A DNA stretch of 64,000 nt, taken from the NCBI GenBank assembly GCA_951406725.2, contig OX597840.1:19964001-20028000 (forward strand). The letters run 5' to 3'. Position numbers and translations under genes: made by a program. The notes beneath the pieces were generated by a model. It searched no databases. It had not been told where the DNA came from and saw only the letters and a list, made by a program, of their open reading frames with translations. Of the stretch, positions 1 to 11,759 are shown in pieces (positions within the stretch are counted from its first letter, which is position 1; each line of letters starts with the position of its first letter). This DNA comes from Octopus vulgaris. Taxonomy: Eukaryota.

Positions 1-345
1 TATAATCGACTTAATCCGTTAGTCTGTCCTTGTTTGTCTCCTCTGTGTTTAGCCCCTTGTGGGTAGTAAAGAAATAGGTATTTCGTCTGCCGTTACGTTC
101 TGAGTTCAAATTCCGCCGAGGTCGACTTTGCCTTTCATCCTTTCGGGGTCGATAAATTAAGTACCAGTTGCGTACTGTGTAGCCCCTTGTGGGTAGTAAA
201 GAAATAAGTATTTCGTCTGTCTTTGCATTCCGAGTTCAAATTCCGTCGAGGTCGCTAAATTAAGTACCAGTTGCGTACTGGGTTGATCTAATTGAATGGC
301 TCCCTCCCACCAAAATTTCGAACCTCGTGCCTAGAGTAACAAAAA
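1..345 (+). mobile_element. SINE family A tandem array (runs off the window start)
   Basis: Units with B-box GAGTTCAAAT, core GCCTTTCATCCTTTCGGGGTCGATAAATTAAGTACCAG, tail-1 ...GCCCCTTGTGGGTAGTAAAGAAATA; last unit ends in tail-2 (...AAAATTTCG..CCTCGTGCCTAGAGTA). Confidence 0.85.
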
Positions 346-736
346 ACAAAAAAAAATTATACAAGCGACCCTCCAAAGACTGTCTATAATTTAATGGCCG
401 GCGATGGAATTCGAGTTGGCCAGGCCTGCTCTAGTGTAATTGATTACATTCACGTGTGTAAAATTATCCCGCCATTTTCCTTTCATACACCTTTCTTTAC
501 ATCAGCACCCGTTTTTCCGCCATTTTGTCAGTCGCTTTTTTTTTGTATTCCAAGTCCTTTCTCCCTCGTCACTGTTTCCTTTGAACCTGTATCGCCTTTT
601 ATCTATATAATTCGGTTGGTTATTGATCCGCGTGTCTAGTGATGTGTTAAATGAATGTTTTTATCTATTTAGTCTTTTTAAAGTTACGTTTGTGAAAAGG
701 AGAAAAAATATAATTGATATCGACAGACATAACTGT

Positions 737-843
737 AGCTGTGTAGTATGAAGCGGTTTTGGCCCAACATCTTCTACTGTAGCCTCTGGCTGATCAAAGC
801 CCTGTGAATGGATTTGGTAGACAGAAACTGAAAGAAGGCCATC

Positions 844-875
<32 letters not shown>

Positions 876-912
876 GTATGAATGTATGTATATATATGTA
901 TGAATGTATGTA

Positions 913-948
<36 letters not shown>

Positions 949-1455
949 TGTATGTATGTATGTATGTATGTATATATGTATGTATGTATGTGTGTATGTA
1001 TGTATGTGAGTGTATGTATGTATGTGTGTGTGTATGTATGTTTGTATGTATGCAGGTATGTACATATATATTTGTGCGTATGTATGTGTGTATGTATGTG
1101 TATATGTATGTATGTATGTATGTGTGTGTGTGTGTATGTATGTGTTTGTGTGTATGTATGTATGTATGTATGTATGCAGGTATGTACATATATATCTGTA
1201 TGTGTGTGTGTTTGTTTACCTCTCAGCACCACTTGACAGCCAATGTTGGTGTGTTTACTTCTTCGTAAAATAGCGGATCGGCAAAAGCAACGAATAGAAT
1301 AAGTACCAGGCTTTACACACACACACACACACATACACACACACATACAAGTACAAAATAAGCCCTGGGGTCGATTCACTCAACTAAAAACCCATCCAGG
1401 ATGTGCTCCAGCATAGCCGCAGTCTAATGGCTGAAACAAGTAAGAATAAAAAGAA
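737..1455 (+). mobile_element. Diverged SINE family B with expanded internal (TATG)n
   Basis: GGATTTGGTAGACAGAAACTGAAAGAAG ... GTGCTCCAGCATAGCCGCAGTC. Confidence 0.7.
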
Positions 1456-1789
1456 AGAAAAAAGAAGTAAAAACCAAGGCTGACCCAGATTCGTACTGGT
1501 TCGTCATTGTAGGTTTTGCTGTGAAAACTTGACTGCAGGAACTTCTAAAGTAAGATACCTTAAAAACCCCAGCCTCCCCACCGAACCCACCATAGTTGCA
1601 CTTGTCTTCCGGCCTCGGGTGATACCTTTTTGTTGTTGTCGTATCGATCGGGGAAGAACAAAAGGTAAAGTTAACCTCAGCAGTGTCTGGTCTTTGTGTT
1701 TTGATCGTTGAGTCGGAAGAAACACCGAAGCGCCATTTTGTTTTGTGTGTAACGTTGCAACGAGACTCTCTCGGTTCGTCGTTTTTATT

Positions 1790-2017
1790 GGGGAAAGAAA
1801 GGGAGAGGAAGCGAGAGAGAGAAAGAGAGAGAGGGGGAGAGAGTGAGTGAGAGTAAGAGAGTGAATGAGAGAGGCAGTGAGAGGGTGGGAAAGAGTGAAT
1901 GACAGAGAGGCAGTGAGAGGGTGGGAAAGAGTGAATGAGAGAGAGGCAGTGAGAAAATGGGAGAGAGTGAATGAGAGAGAGGCAGTAAGAGGGTGGGAAA
2001 GAGTGAATGAGACAGAC

Positions 2018-2048
<31 letters not shown>

Positions 2049-3000
2049 AACAGAGAGAGAGAGAGAGAGAGAGAAAATGAATGAGAAACAAGCAGAAGGA
2101 GAAAGACGGGCAGAGGGGGAGAGAGAGAGAATGAGAGAGACGGACAGAAGGAAAAAGTGAGTAAATGAGCGAGAGACAGAGGTAGAGAGAGTGACTGACA
2201 TAGACAAACAGGCTGACAAAAAGAGAGAGAGAATGAGAGAGAGACAGATGGACAAATAAACAGACAGAGGGAGATACGGAGAGAAAGCCAGTGAGTGATA
2301 GAGAGACAGAGTGACAAGAGAGAGAGAAAGGCAGAGAGACAAGGAAGGAAGAAAGATAGAAAGAAAGTGAAGGAAAGAAAATAAAATGAATGAAAGAAAC
2401 GAGAGAAGGAAGGAGTGAAGGAGAAAAAGAAAGACAAGAAAAAGAAGAAAAAGAAAGATTTGAAGAAAGAGAGAAAGAAAGAAAGAAAGAAAGAAAGAAG
2501 GGGAAAAAAGAAAGGAAGAAAATTAGGGAAAATTAAAATGTTTGAAAGACGCGAGAGAATGAAGGAATGAAGAAGAGAAAGAAAGAATAGAAAAAAGAAT
2601 GAAAAAGGAGAGAAAGAGAAGAAAAGAAACAAGATTTGAAGAAAGATAAGTACAGAAAAGAAAGAAAGAAAGAAAGAACGAAAGAAAGAAAGAACGAAAG
2701 AAAGGAAGAAGGAAAGAAAGAACGAAAGAAAAAGAACAGAAAAGAATAAAGAAAAGAAAGAAAGGAAAGAAAGGAAGAAAGAAAATAAAGAAAGAAAGAA
2801 AAGAAAGGAAGAAAAGAAAAGAACAGAAAGAATAAATAAAGATAAGAAAGAAAGAAAGTAAAGGGTGGAATAGATTAAGAAAGAAAATAAAGAAAAGATA
2901 GAAAAGGAGTGAATGGAATAAGAAATGAAGAAAGTAGGTAAGAAAGACGAAGAAGAAGAGACAGAGGAAAGATAGCGAAAATAAGAGAAAGAATAATAAA
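1790..3000. repeat. 1.2 kb polypurine (GA/GAAA) tract with four ~36-38 bp tandem units at 1860-2010
   Basis: GTGAATGA(GA)GAGAGGCAGTGAGAGGGTGGGAAAGA repeated. Confidence 0.9.
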
Positions 3001-3084
3001 TTGCGTTTTGACCAAAGGTGTGCTCAACGTTGGTTGACCCGGAGCTAGACAATACCAACAACGGTGACAATATGTCGTTCATAT

Positions 3085-3891
3085 AAAGGCGGCGATCTGG
3101 CAGAAACGGTAGGCACGCCGGGCGAAATGCTTAGCGGTATTTCGTCTGCCGTTACGTTCTGAGTTCAAATTCCGCCTAGGTCGACTTTGCCTTTCATCCT
3201 TTCGGGGTCGATAAATTAAGTACCAGTTACGCACTGGGGTCGATGTAATCGACTTAATCCGTTTATCTGTCTTTGTTTGTCCCCTCTGTGTTTAGCCCCT
3301 TGTGGGTAGTAAAGAAATAGGTATTTCGTCTGCCGCTACGTTCTGAGTTCAAATTCTAGCAAGGGGTCAACTTTGCCTTTCATCCTTTCGGTGTCGATTA
3401 AATAAGTACCAGTTACCCACTGGGGTCGATATAAACGAATTAATCCTTTTGTCTGTCCTTGTTTGTCCTCTCTGTGTTTAGCTCCTTGTGGGTAGTAAAG
3501 AAATAGGTATTTCGTCCGCCGCTATGTTCTGAGTTCAAATTCTGCTGAGGTTGACTTTGCCTTTCCTCTTTTCGGGGTCGATTAAATAAATACCAGTCAC
3601 GCACCAGACGATCAATAAAGTACCAGTTGCGTCCTGGGGTCGACTGGCCCTCTTTCCTCTCCCCTCCAAAAACACTTTCGGGCCTTAATTAAGTACCTAT
3701 TTCTTTACTACCCACAAGGGGCTAAACATAGAGGGAACAAACAAGGAGAGACAAACGGATTAAGTCGATTACATCGACCCCAGTGCGTAACTTAATTAAG
3801 TACCAGTTTCATAATAGGGTCGATTGGCCCTCTTTCTTCTCCCCGCCAAAAAAAGAAAAACTTTTCGGGCCTTGTGCCTAGAGTCAGAAAG
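3085..3891 (+). mobile_element. SINE family A nested cluster flanked by a 16-bp TSD
   Basis: tRNA-like head GGCGGCGATCTGGCAGAA, three ~185 bp units, an inverted insert at 3698-3790, tail-2; direct repeat AATATGTCGTTCATAT at 3069-3084 and 3892-3907. Confidence 0.9.
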
Positions 3892-4096
3892 AATATGTCG
3901 TTCATATCAAAGCTCGAATGTAAAGGATAAAGTAGGGGGGGGGGGCAATAATTATAAAGAAGTCTTATGTAATGGAAGAATCTGTAATATTTCGTTGGTT
4001 TTGCTTTGTGTGTAATAAAAAAAAAAACCTTGTCAGATATATTTACACAAAGATATTTATGCAATCGGAAAAGAAACAAACAACGGTCGGGAGGAT

Positions 4097-4149
<53 letters not shown>

Positions 4150-4858
4150 GTGGAGAGAGGCCTGGGGAGAGAATACAAATATTTTATAATCTCAGGTATA
4201 ATTCGGTTAAGTTATTTATTATGAACCTGAGCGACGCGTAGTGCTTTGCGGCCGCTGCTACTGCTGCTAGAATATATGTAAACGAGAGAAGTGTGTGCGT
4301 GTGCGTCTGTATGCGTGTTATGTTAAGGACAAAGCTATGTCCGAATTAAATCTTTTTTATTGAATGTTATTAAATGTGTATTTATTAATCCTTTGTGTTT
4401 CGTGTACAACAATAGCATTCCTAAATCCATTAAGTCCCTTTACATATCAGGACGTTCCCGCTCTCATCGTCAGAATGCAGGGACTGTTATAATAACGGTG
4501 TTTTGTTCACGCAATTTGCAAATGGGTCACAGAAAGATTTACGCGGATGTTATTACAACTGATAACGGCGTCAATGCCAGGTTTTATAAATTATACAACG
4601 GTCGATCCCTGGTGGATGTCACGACTTATTTTGCGTGTAGCATTGAAGAATTTCTTACGGGTCTTTCTTAGCTGAAATCCCACCGGAATCAACTTTTCTT
4701 TTATCCCTCTCCTAAGAATTGGTTTCATTTTATTTTCAGGTTTCGCCACGAGGTCAGAGACTTCAGAGAGAACCGTTCGCATGATCTGGTCAATGTCAAA
4801 TAAGGAAAATTTTATTATTATAACGCAAAATGCTTAGCCTTGTGTCCTTTGTAGGAAG

Positions 4859-4892
<34 letters not shown>

Positions 4893-5451
4893 GAGTGAGA
4901 GAGCAGTTCATGCCATCAAAGTGACACTGGGGTAAAATATACGAAGCCCAATATACCCATCATGACTTCCTGTCTGGTAAGGGGTACACCAGACACATGC
5001 ATCACAACCATGTGTGCGCGACATGGTGATCTCATATCAAAATAAACAGTGCATGTCCTTACAGGTGGGGCCCAGTTAGAATTTTCTTCTGGTCAAGTAA
5101 CCCATCCCGCTCAAAAGGTCCCTGAATAAGGGTTGTTTAAGGATGTTGAATGAAACACCCATGTTTCCAGAGGTGAATTATTCAAGCCCCAAAGAATCCC
5201 TCTCAACACATGGCTATGATGCTCCCCCACTACTTCTGCTCGTGATCAGAGATGCACATATCGTCAGCCACTAAGGGACATGCTCAACTGGTTACGGTCA
5301 AACAACTGACAAGCAAATCTGTGGTATTGAGCAGAATATTTGCTGTAGCCCATCTTTTATACCAAGACAAAACAATGTACATGATAACACTTCCAATCAG
5401 ATAAGATCAGAAGCCATGAGAGCCACTGCCTCGTACTGCATCAGGGCATTC

Positions 5452-5452
<1 letters not shown>
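4893..5452. mobile_element. ~560 bp insertion in a (TTA)n microsatellite
   Basis: Complex sequence bounded sharply on both sides by in-phase (TTA)n; family not assigned. Confidence 0.5.
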
Positions 5453-5516
<64 letters not shown>

Positions 5517-5785
5517 TATTATTACCTTTATTATTAAGGTGTCGAGCTGGCAGAATCGGTGGCACGCTGGGCGAAGTGCTCAGTGTAGTTCGTTCGCCAC
5601 TACGCGCGGGTGAGGGTGTGGTTGCTATTTTCGGTTGCTTTCTTTCTCTAACTCTCTATCTTTCTCTTTATATTTCTTCCTTCAATAAACACTCACAACG
5701 CCCAGGCTGGGAAACGAAACCGCGATCCTACCACTGCGAGTCCGCTGCCCTAACTACTGGGCTATATATATAATATATATATTAT

Positions 5786-6200
5786 GTGGCTGTGTGGTAA
5801 GTAGCTTGCTAGCCAACCACATGGTTCTGGGTTCAGTTCCACTGCGTGACATCTTGGGCAAGTGTCTTCTGCTATAGCCTTGGGCCCACCAATGCCTTGT
5901 GAGTGGATTTGGTAGACGGAAACTGAAAGAAGCCTGTCGTATATATGTATATATATATATATATATGTATGTATGTGTGTATATGTTTGTGTGTCTGTGT
6001 TTGTCCCCCTAGCATTGCTTGACAATCGATGCTGGTGTGTTTACGTTCCCGTCACTTAGCGGTTCGGCAAAACAGACCGATAGAATAAATACTGGGCTTA
6101 CAACGAATAAGTCCCGGTGTCGATTTGCTCGACTAAAGGCGGTGCTCCAGCATGGCCGCAGTCAAATGACTGAAACAAGTAAAAGAGTAAAAGAGAAAGA
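5786..6200 (+). mobile_element. SINE family B (tRNA-derived head, CORE-like motif, internal microsatellite)
   Basis: A box GTGGCTGTGTGG, B box GGTTCAGTTCC, CTTGGGCAAGTG core-like motif, internal (TA)n/(TG)n, tail ...GACTGAAACAAGT(AAAAGAGT)n. More than 25 full or partial copies in the window. Confidence 0.88.
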
Positions 6201-6270
<70 letters not shown>

Positions 6271-6426
6271 GTATATATATATACATATATACACACGTAT
6301 ATATATATATATATATATACATATACACACACATATACACGAGTGAGTAGGCAAATGAAAGAAGGACACTCAACCAATTTATTGGGTGTTACATGTATGG
6401 ATCAAAACAGTTTGATTCAAATTCGT

Positions 6427-6467
6427 TGGTACTCTTGAGTTTCAAGCATGATGCTAGTCGTCAGCCA
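6427..6467 (-). ncRNA. Minimal type-I hammerhead ribozyme
   Basis: TGG CTGACGA CT-AGCA tca TGCT-T GAA ACTC aa GAGT A^ CCA. Confidence 0.68.
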
Positions 6468-6474
6468 TTTTAAA

Positions 6475-6505
<31 letters not shown>

Positions 6506-6766
6506 TTGTGCACGTGTGTGTTTGTGCACGTGTGTGTGCGTGAGTACGTGACTCATGGTATTTTGTTTGACTCATAGAAATTCCCCTGCAGGTATATTTT
6601 CCATCAATGCTCAATGACCACCCTGGTTACGGTTACACCCGATCTAATTTCAATCCTCTTTTCCTCTTCGCAACCCACGAAGCGTGACAGACAAAAAAGC
6701 CCCCCCCCCCCAACGCTCATTTTACCCCTCCTACTTCCACTCCTGCACTTTCTATTTATGTATTTT

Positions 6767-6797
<31 letters not shown>

Positions 6798-6951
6798 CTC
6801 ATAACGACCTCCTACCTCCAAAACCGTTTTCTGGGACAGCAAAACAAAATACAAATGATTAATTATAATATGTGGCTAATCTCCTCCTGATTAGTAAAGA
6901 ATATATTTCCTTTCAGACGAAATGACAGGTGTAGTAGTAGTAGTAGTAGTG

Positions 6952-7013
<62 letters not shown>

Positions 7014-7118
7014 CCGGAGTAAACACATAAATGTGAAACAAGGTGGAAAAAAGAGTACTCAAATACCAGTGGTAGAGTAATATGCTTTATTTAAAAGCAG
7101 CAGAAAATTCAACAAAAT

Positions 7119-7156
7119 CTGTTACTCTGAGTTTCTCGTTGCCGTTCATCAGACAG
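7119..7156 (-). ncRNA. Minimal type-I hammerhead ribozyme
   Basis: CTGT CTGATGA ACG gcaa CGA GAA ACTC-A-GAGT A^ ACAG; GUA triplet. Confidence 0.72.
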
Positions 7157-7184
7157 TTTTTGCTAGAATCTAGCTTTAAATAAA

Positions 7185-7256
<72 letters not shown>

Positions 7257-7261
7257 TCTCT

Positions 7262-7483
7262 TTCTTTTATTCTCTTTTACCTTGTTTCAGTCATTTGACT
7301 GCGGCCATGCTGGAGCACCGCCTTTAATCGAGCAACTCGACCCCGGGACTTATTCTTTTTGTAAGCCCAGTACTTATTCTATCGGTCTCTTTTGCCGAAC
7401 CGCTAGTTGACGGGGACGTAAACACACCAGCATCGGTTGTCAAGCGATACTGGGGGACAAACACAGACATACAAACACATACG

Positions 7484-7535
<52 letters not shown>

Positions 7536-7720
7536 TACATACTTACACACATATATACGACGGGCTTCTTTCAGTTTCCGTCTACCAAATCCACTCACAA
7601 GGCTTTGGTCGACCCCAGGCTATAGTAGAAGACACTTGCCCTAGGTGTCACGCAGTGGGACTGAACCCGGAACCGTGTGGTTGGTAAACAAGCTACTTAC
7701 CACACAGCCACTGCTGCGCT
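7262..7720 (-). mobile_element. SINE family B
   Basis: Full-length match to the other copies. Confidence 0.88.
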
Positions 7721-8087
7721 ATATATATATATATATATAAATAATGAGGGAGATAAATTGAATATTAATTTAATTAACATCAATTTAAAACCAGTAGCCT
7801 AGCATACAAAAATCTGAAAAATCAGAGAAAGTTCTATTACATGTGTATATTTAAAGGGCAAAAACCACTAGGTGGTCAGCCGTATGCTAGACCACCTAGT
7901 GGTTTTTGCCCTTTATATATATATATACGGGGGTGTGTGATTGTGTATAGAAGAATATATTAATAAAAGGAATTCCAACCTTGTCTGATTTTCATTTTTT
8001 ATTTACAATCTTATAATGATATAATATAATATAATATAATAAAATAAAATAAAATAAAATAATAGAATGTTAAATGTTCATTCTGAT

Positions 8088-8132
8088 TGAACTAGTACTT
8101 TCATGCATTAAATTCTGCAATCTTCAGGTTCA
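8088..8132 (-). ncRNA. Minimal type-I hammerhead ribozyme
   Basis: TGAAC CTGAAGA T-TGCA gaatttaa TGCA-T GAA AGTACT A^ GTTCA: 5-bp stem I, full core, palindromic stem III, CUA cleavage triplet. Confidence 0.8.
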
Positions 8133-8169
8133 TGTAGTAGTGGTGACAGTCATGCTTCACAATTTTTGA

Positions 8170-8214
<45 letters not shown>

Positions 8215-8430
8215 GGCGCAGGAGTGTTTGTGCTGAGTAGCTTGTAAACGGACTGTCCCTCATCTGGATAATTAATACTTCGAAGGTTCTGGCTATGAAA
8301 CATATGTAGCCTGGATTGTATCTACTGCATTCCCTAATTTTGGATGTATAATAGTCATATGTATAAGTGGAGCAAGAGCACACACGAAAACGAAAAGTGT
8401 CGCTGAAGAGGTCACAGATACGTGACAAAA

Positions 8431-8635
8431 TACGGCGGGGTGAAATGCTTTGCGGTATTTCGTCTGCCGTTACGGTCTGAGTTCAAATTCCGCCGAGGTC
8501 GCCTTTGCCTTTCATCCTTTCGGGGTCGATAAATTAAGTACCAGTTACGCACTGGGGTCGATGTAATCGACTTAATACCTATGTCTGTCCTTGTTTGTCC
8601 CCCCTATGTTTAGCCCCTTGTGGGCAGTAAAGAAG
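8431..8635 (+). mobile_element. SINE family A (tail-1) with a 16-bp TSD
   Basis: TSD CAGATA(C/A)GTGACAAAA at 8415-8430 and 8636-8651. Confidence 0.88.
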
Positions 8636-8669
8636 CAGATAAGTGACAAAAGATTTCCGGACAACGGAC

Positions 8670-8723
<54 letters not shown>

Positions 8724-8834
8724 ATTTAGGGATGGCCATGTTGCCAGTTTAGCCAATAAAAAACACACGCACTATAAATTTGGTGTTAATTTTGTTTAGC
8801 TTCTTTCTTTTTTTTTTACTTTAAGCGTATTTCA

Positions 8835-8876
8835 GCCAGAGTTCTTTCGTCACACTTCTGTGACCTCATCAGTGGT
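8835..8876 (-). ncRNA. Minimal type-I hammerhead ribozyme
   Basis: CCA CTGATGA G GTCACA gaag TGTGAC GAA AGAACT C^ TGG. Confidence 0.75.
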
Positions 8877-9191
8877 CTTTGCTTTCTTGTTTCTCATTTG
8901 TGTGTCTCTCCTTACTAACGATCGACCATATTGTATTTTGTATATATATATGTGTGTGTGGGGGGAGAGTTTACGGAAAAAAAACAAAAGACGAAGACAG
9001 GTGGTGTAGAAAACAAACAGATGTATTAGTATAACGCTCAGGAATAGAAAAAGTCTTTTATGTTTCGAGCCTACGTTCTTCTACAGAAAGGGACACAAAA
9101 AAAAAAACAAGGAGAGAAAAAATGTGTGTAATGGCTAACGATCTATCATGGCGACTAGTATATATATCTATACGTACATACATACATATAT

Positions 9192-9398
9192 ACTCTTTTT
9201 CTTTCTTTTTACTTATTTCAGTCATTTTGACTGCGGCCATGCTGGAGCACCGCCTTTAGTCGAGCAAATCGACCCCGGGACTTATTCTTTGTAAGTCCAG
9301 TACTTATTCTATCGCTCTCTTTTGTCGAACCGCTATGGTTACGGGGACATAAACACACCAGCATCGGTTGTCAAGCAATGCTAGGGGGACAAACACAG

Positions 9399-9444
<46 letters not shown>

Positions 9445-9740
9445 GACAGGCTTCTTTCAGTTTCCGTCTACCAAATCCACTCACAAGGCATTGGTCGGCC
9501 AGGGGCGGCTATAGCAGAAGACACTTGCCCAAGATGCCACGTAGTGGGACTGAACCCGGAACCGTGTGGTTGGTTAGCAAGCTACTTACCACACAGCCAC
9601 TCCTGCGCCTATTCTTTGTAAGCCCAGTACTTATTCTATCGGACACTTTTGCCGAACCGCTAGATAACAGGGACGTAAACACACCAGCATCGGTTGTCAA
9701 GCAATGCTAGAGGGACAAACACAGACACACAAACACATAC
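9192..9740 (-). mobile_element. SINE family B plus an adjacent partial copy
   Basis: Full copy 9192-9611, partial 9611-9740. Confidence 0.85.
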
Positions 9741-9887
9741 ACACACATAACCACATACATACATACATACATACATACATAATAGAGAGAGATATAAATA
9801 GACGGACGGATATAGGTGGTGCTATTAAGTTAGACATGACCTGGGCCAATACTGGCCAAAACCTTTCTAAGTTATTCTAAGTTATAT

Positions 9888-10505
9888 GTGGCTGTGTGGT
9901 AAGTAGCTTGCTAACCAACCACATGGTTCTGGGTTCAGTCCCACTGCGTGGCACCTTGGGCAAGTGTCTTCTGCTATAGCCCCGGGCCGACCAAAGCCTT
10001 TTGAGTGGATTTGGTAGACGGAAACTGAAAGAAGCCTGTCGTATATATGTATGTGTGTGTGTGTTTGTGCTTGTCCCCCTAGCATTGCTTGACAACATAT
10101 TTCTTTACTGCCCACAAGGGGCTAAGCATAGAGAGGACAAACAAGGACAGACAAACGGATTAAGTCGATTACGTCGACACCAGAGCGTAACTGGTACTTA
10201 TTTAATCGACTCCGAAAGGATGAAAGGCAAAGTCAACCTCGGCGGAATTTGAACTCAGAACGTAGCGGCAGACGAAACACCACTAAGCATTTCGCCCGGC
10301 AGCTAACGGTTCTGCCAGCTCGTCGCATTGCTTGACAACCGATGCTGGTGTGTTTATGTCCCCGTCACCTAGCGGTTCAACAAAAGAGACCGATAGAATA
10401 AGTACTGGGCTTACAAAAGAATAAGTCCCAGGGTCGAGTTGCTCGACTAAAGGTGGTGCTCCAGCATGGCCGCAGTCAAATGACTGAAACAAGTAAAAGA
10501 GTAAA
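9888..10505 (+). mobile_element. SINE family B interrupted by SINE A
   Basis: The two halves join perfectly once 10097-10324 and one TSD are removed. Confidence 0.88.
10097..10324 (-). mobile_element. SINE family A (tail-1) inserted in a SINE B copy, 15-bp TSD
   Basis: TSD GCATTGCTTGACAAC at 10082-10096 and 10325-10339. Confidence 0.9.
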
Positions 10506-11759
10506 GACAGGCAGACAGATACACACACACACACACACACACACACGTACATAGGTAGATAGGAAGAGACAGTGATAGACTACAACCACCAAACTGGAAC
10601 TCCAACGACACCATTATCTAAAGTACCTTCCACCCACCACCACCACCACCACCACTACCACTACCACCGGTACTGCTATCACCAATAGACTTAAATACCA
10701 CTGTCTTCGCTATCATTTTAACCACCACCACCACATCCTCCACCACCTCCACCACCAGCATGAGGAAAAAGAACAACAACAACAACAATTCCAACTACAA
10801 GAACAAGAATGTCACCGCCTTCCCCCGTCGCGAACCGAACACAAACACCAGTAGGACTGTTACCATAGTAACGAACTTTTGAACCTTCGCTCGTAGATCA
10901 TCATTTCACCAGTCGCCAGCGCCCCGTCCCGCCTCCGTCCCCTTGTCACAGTGGCACACACACATTCACACACACACACGCAGACGTACACACACACACA
11001 CACACGCACACACACACTCACACACACACACACACACATACACACACACACACGCACACATACACATACACTCTCACACACACACACACGTAGACATACA
11101 CTCACACACACACACACACACACACGTAGACATACACCTACACTCACACACACATACACACATAGACATACACATACACACACACACGCACACACACATT
11201 GACGTACACATACACAGAAGCACACGCACTGAAAGGCGTTGAAAACATCTCCGCCACCGCCACAGCCGCCGCTCCGCTCCCACCGTGACATGTACCTCTC
11301 CTCCTCCCCCCAGCGATGCCGTCGCCCCTGTCGTCTCCTTCCTTTCACCCCACCCCTCCACCACCACCACCATCGCCACCGACGCCACCACCAAAATTAA
11401 TCTCGACACCACGTGGAAATAATAAGACACTAAACAACCCCCTCCTCCTCTTCGTCGTCGTCGATCACCTCCTCCTCCTATTACTACTACAACTACTACT
11501 ATTACTACTACTACTACTACTACTACTCCTATTACCACCACCTCCATCGTCATCATCATCGAATATGGCAGGTTTCTTTATAATCGCTGTTTCGACCTGT
11601 TAGTAATAGCAACTAAATCTCCCTCGAATCATATTGAAACTCATAAATAGATAAAAAGCCTTCGTTATTTTTAAAAGGATGTGCCCCCCCCCTCTCTCGA
11701 TATATCTTTTAAGGACAGAAGGGTCACGGTTTGGATTCCTCTTGGTTATAAATAAACAT

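Noticed and set aside
1424-3082. 552-aa F/L/S-rich membrane-protein-like ORF
   Set aside because: Antisense reading of the polypurine tract
3136-3660. SINE A ~185 bp tandem units as retrozymes
   Set aside because: No CUGANGA-GAAA core on either strand; the B box, SINE core and TSDs explain the units
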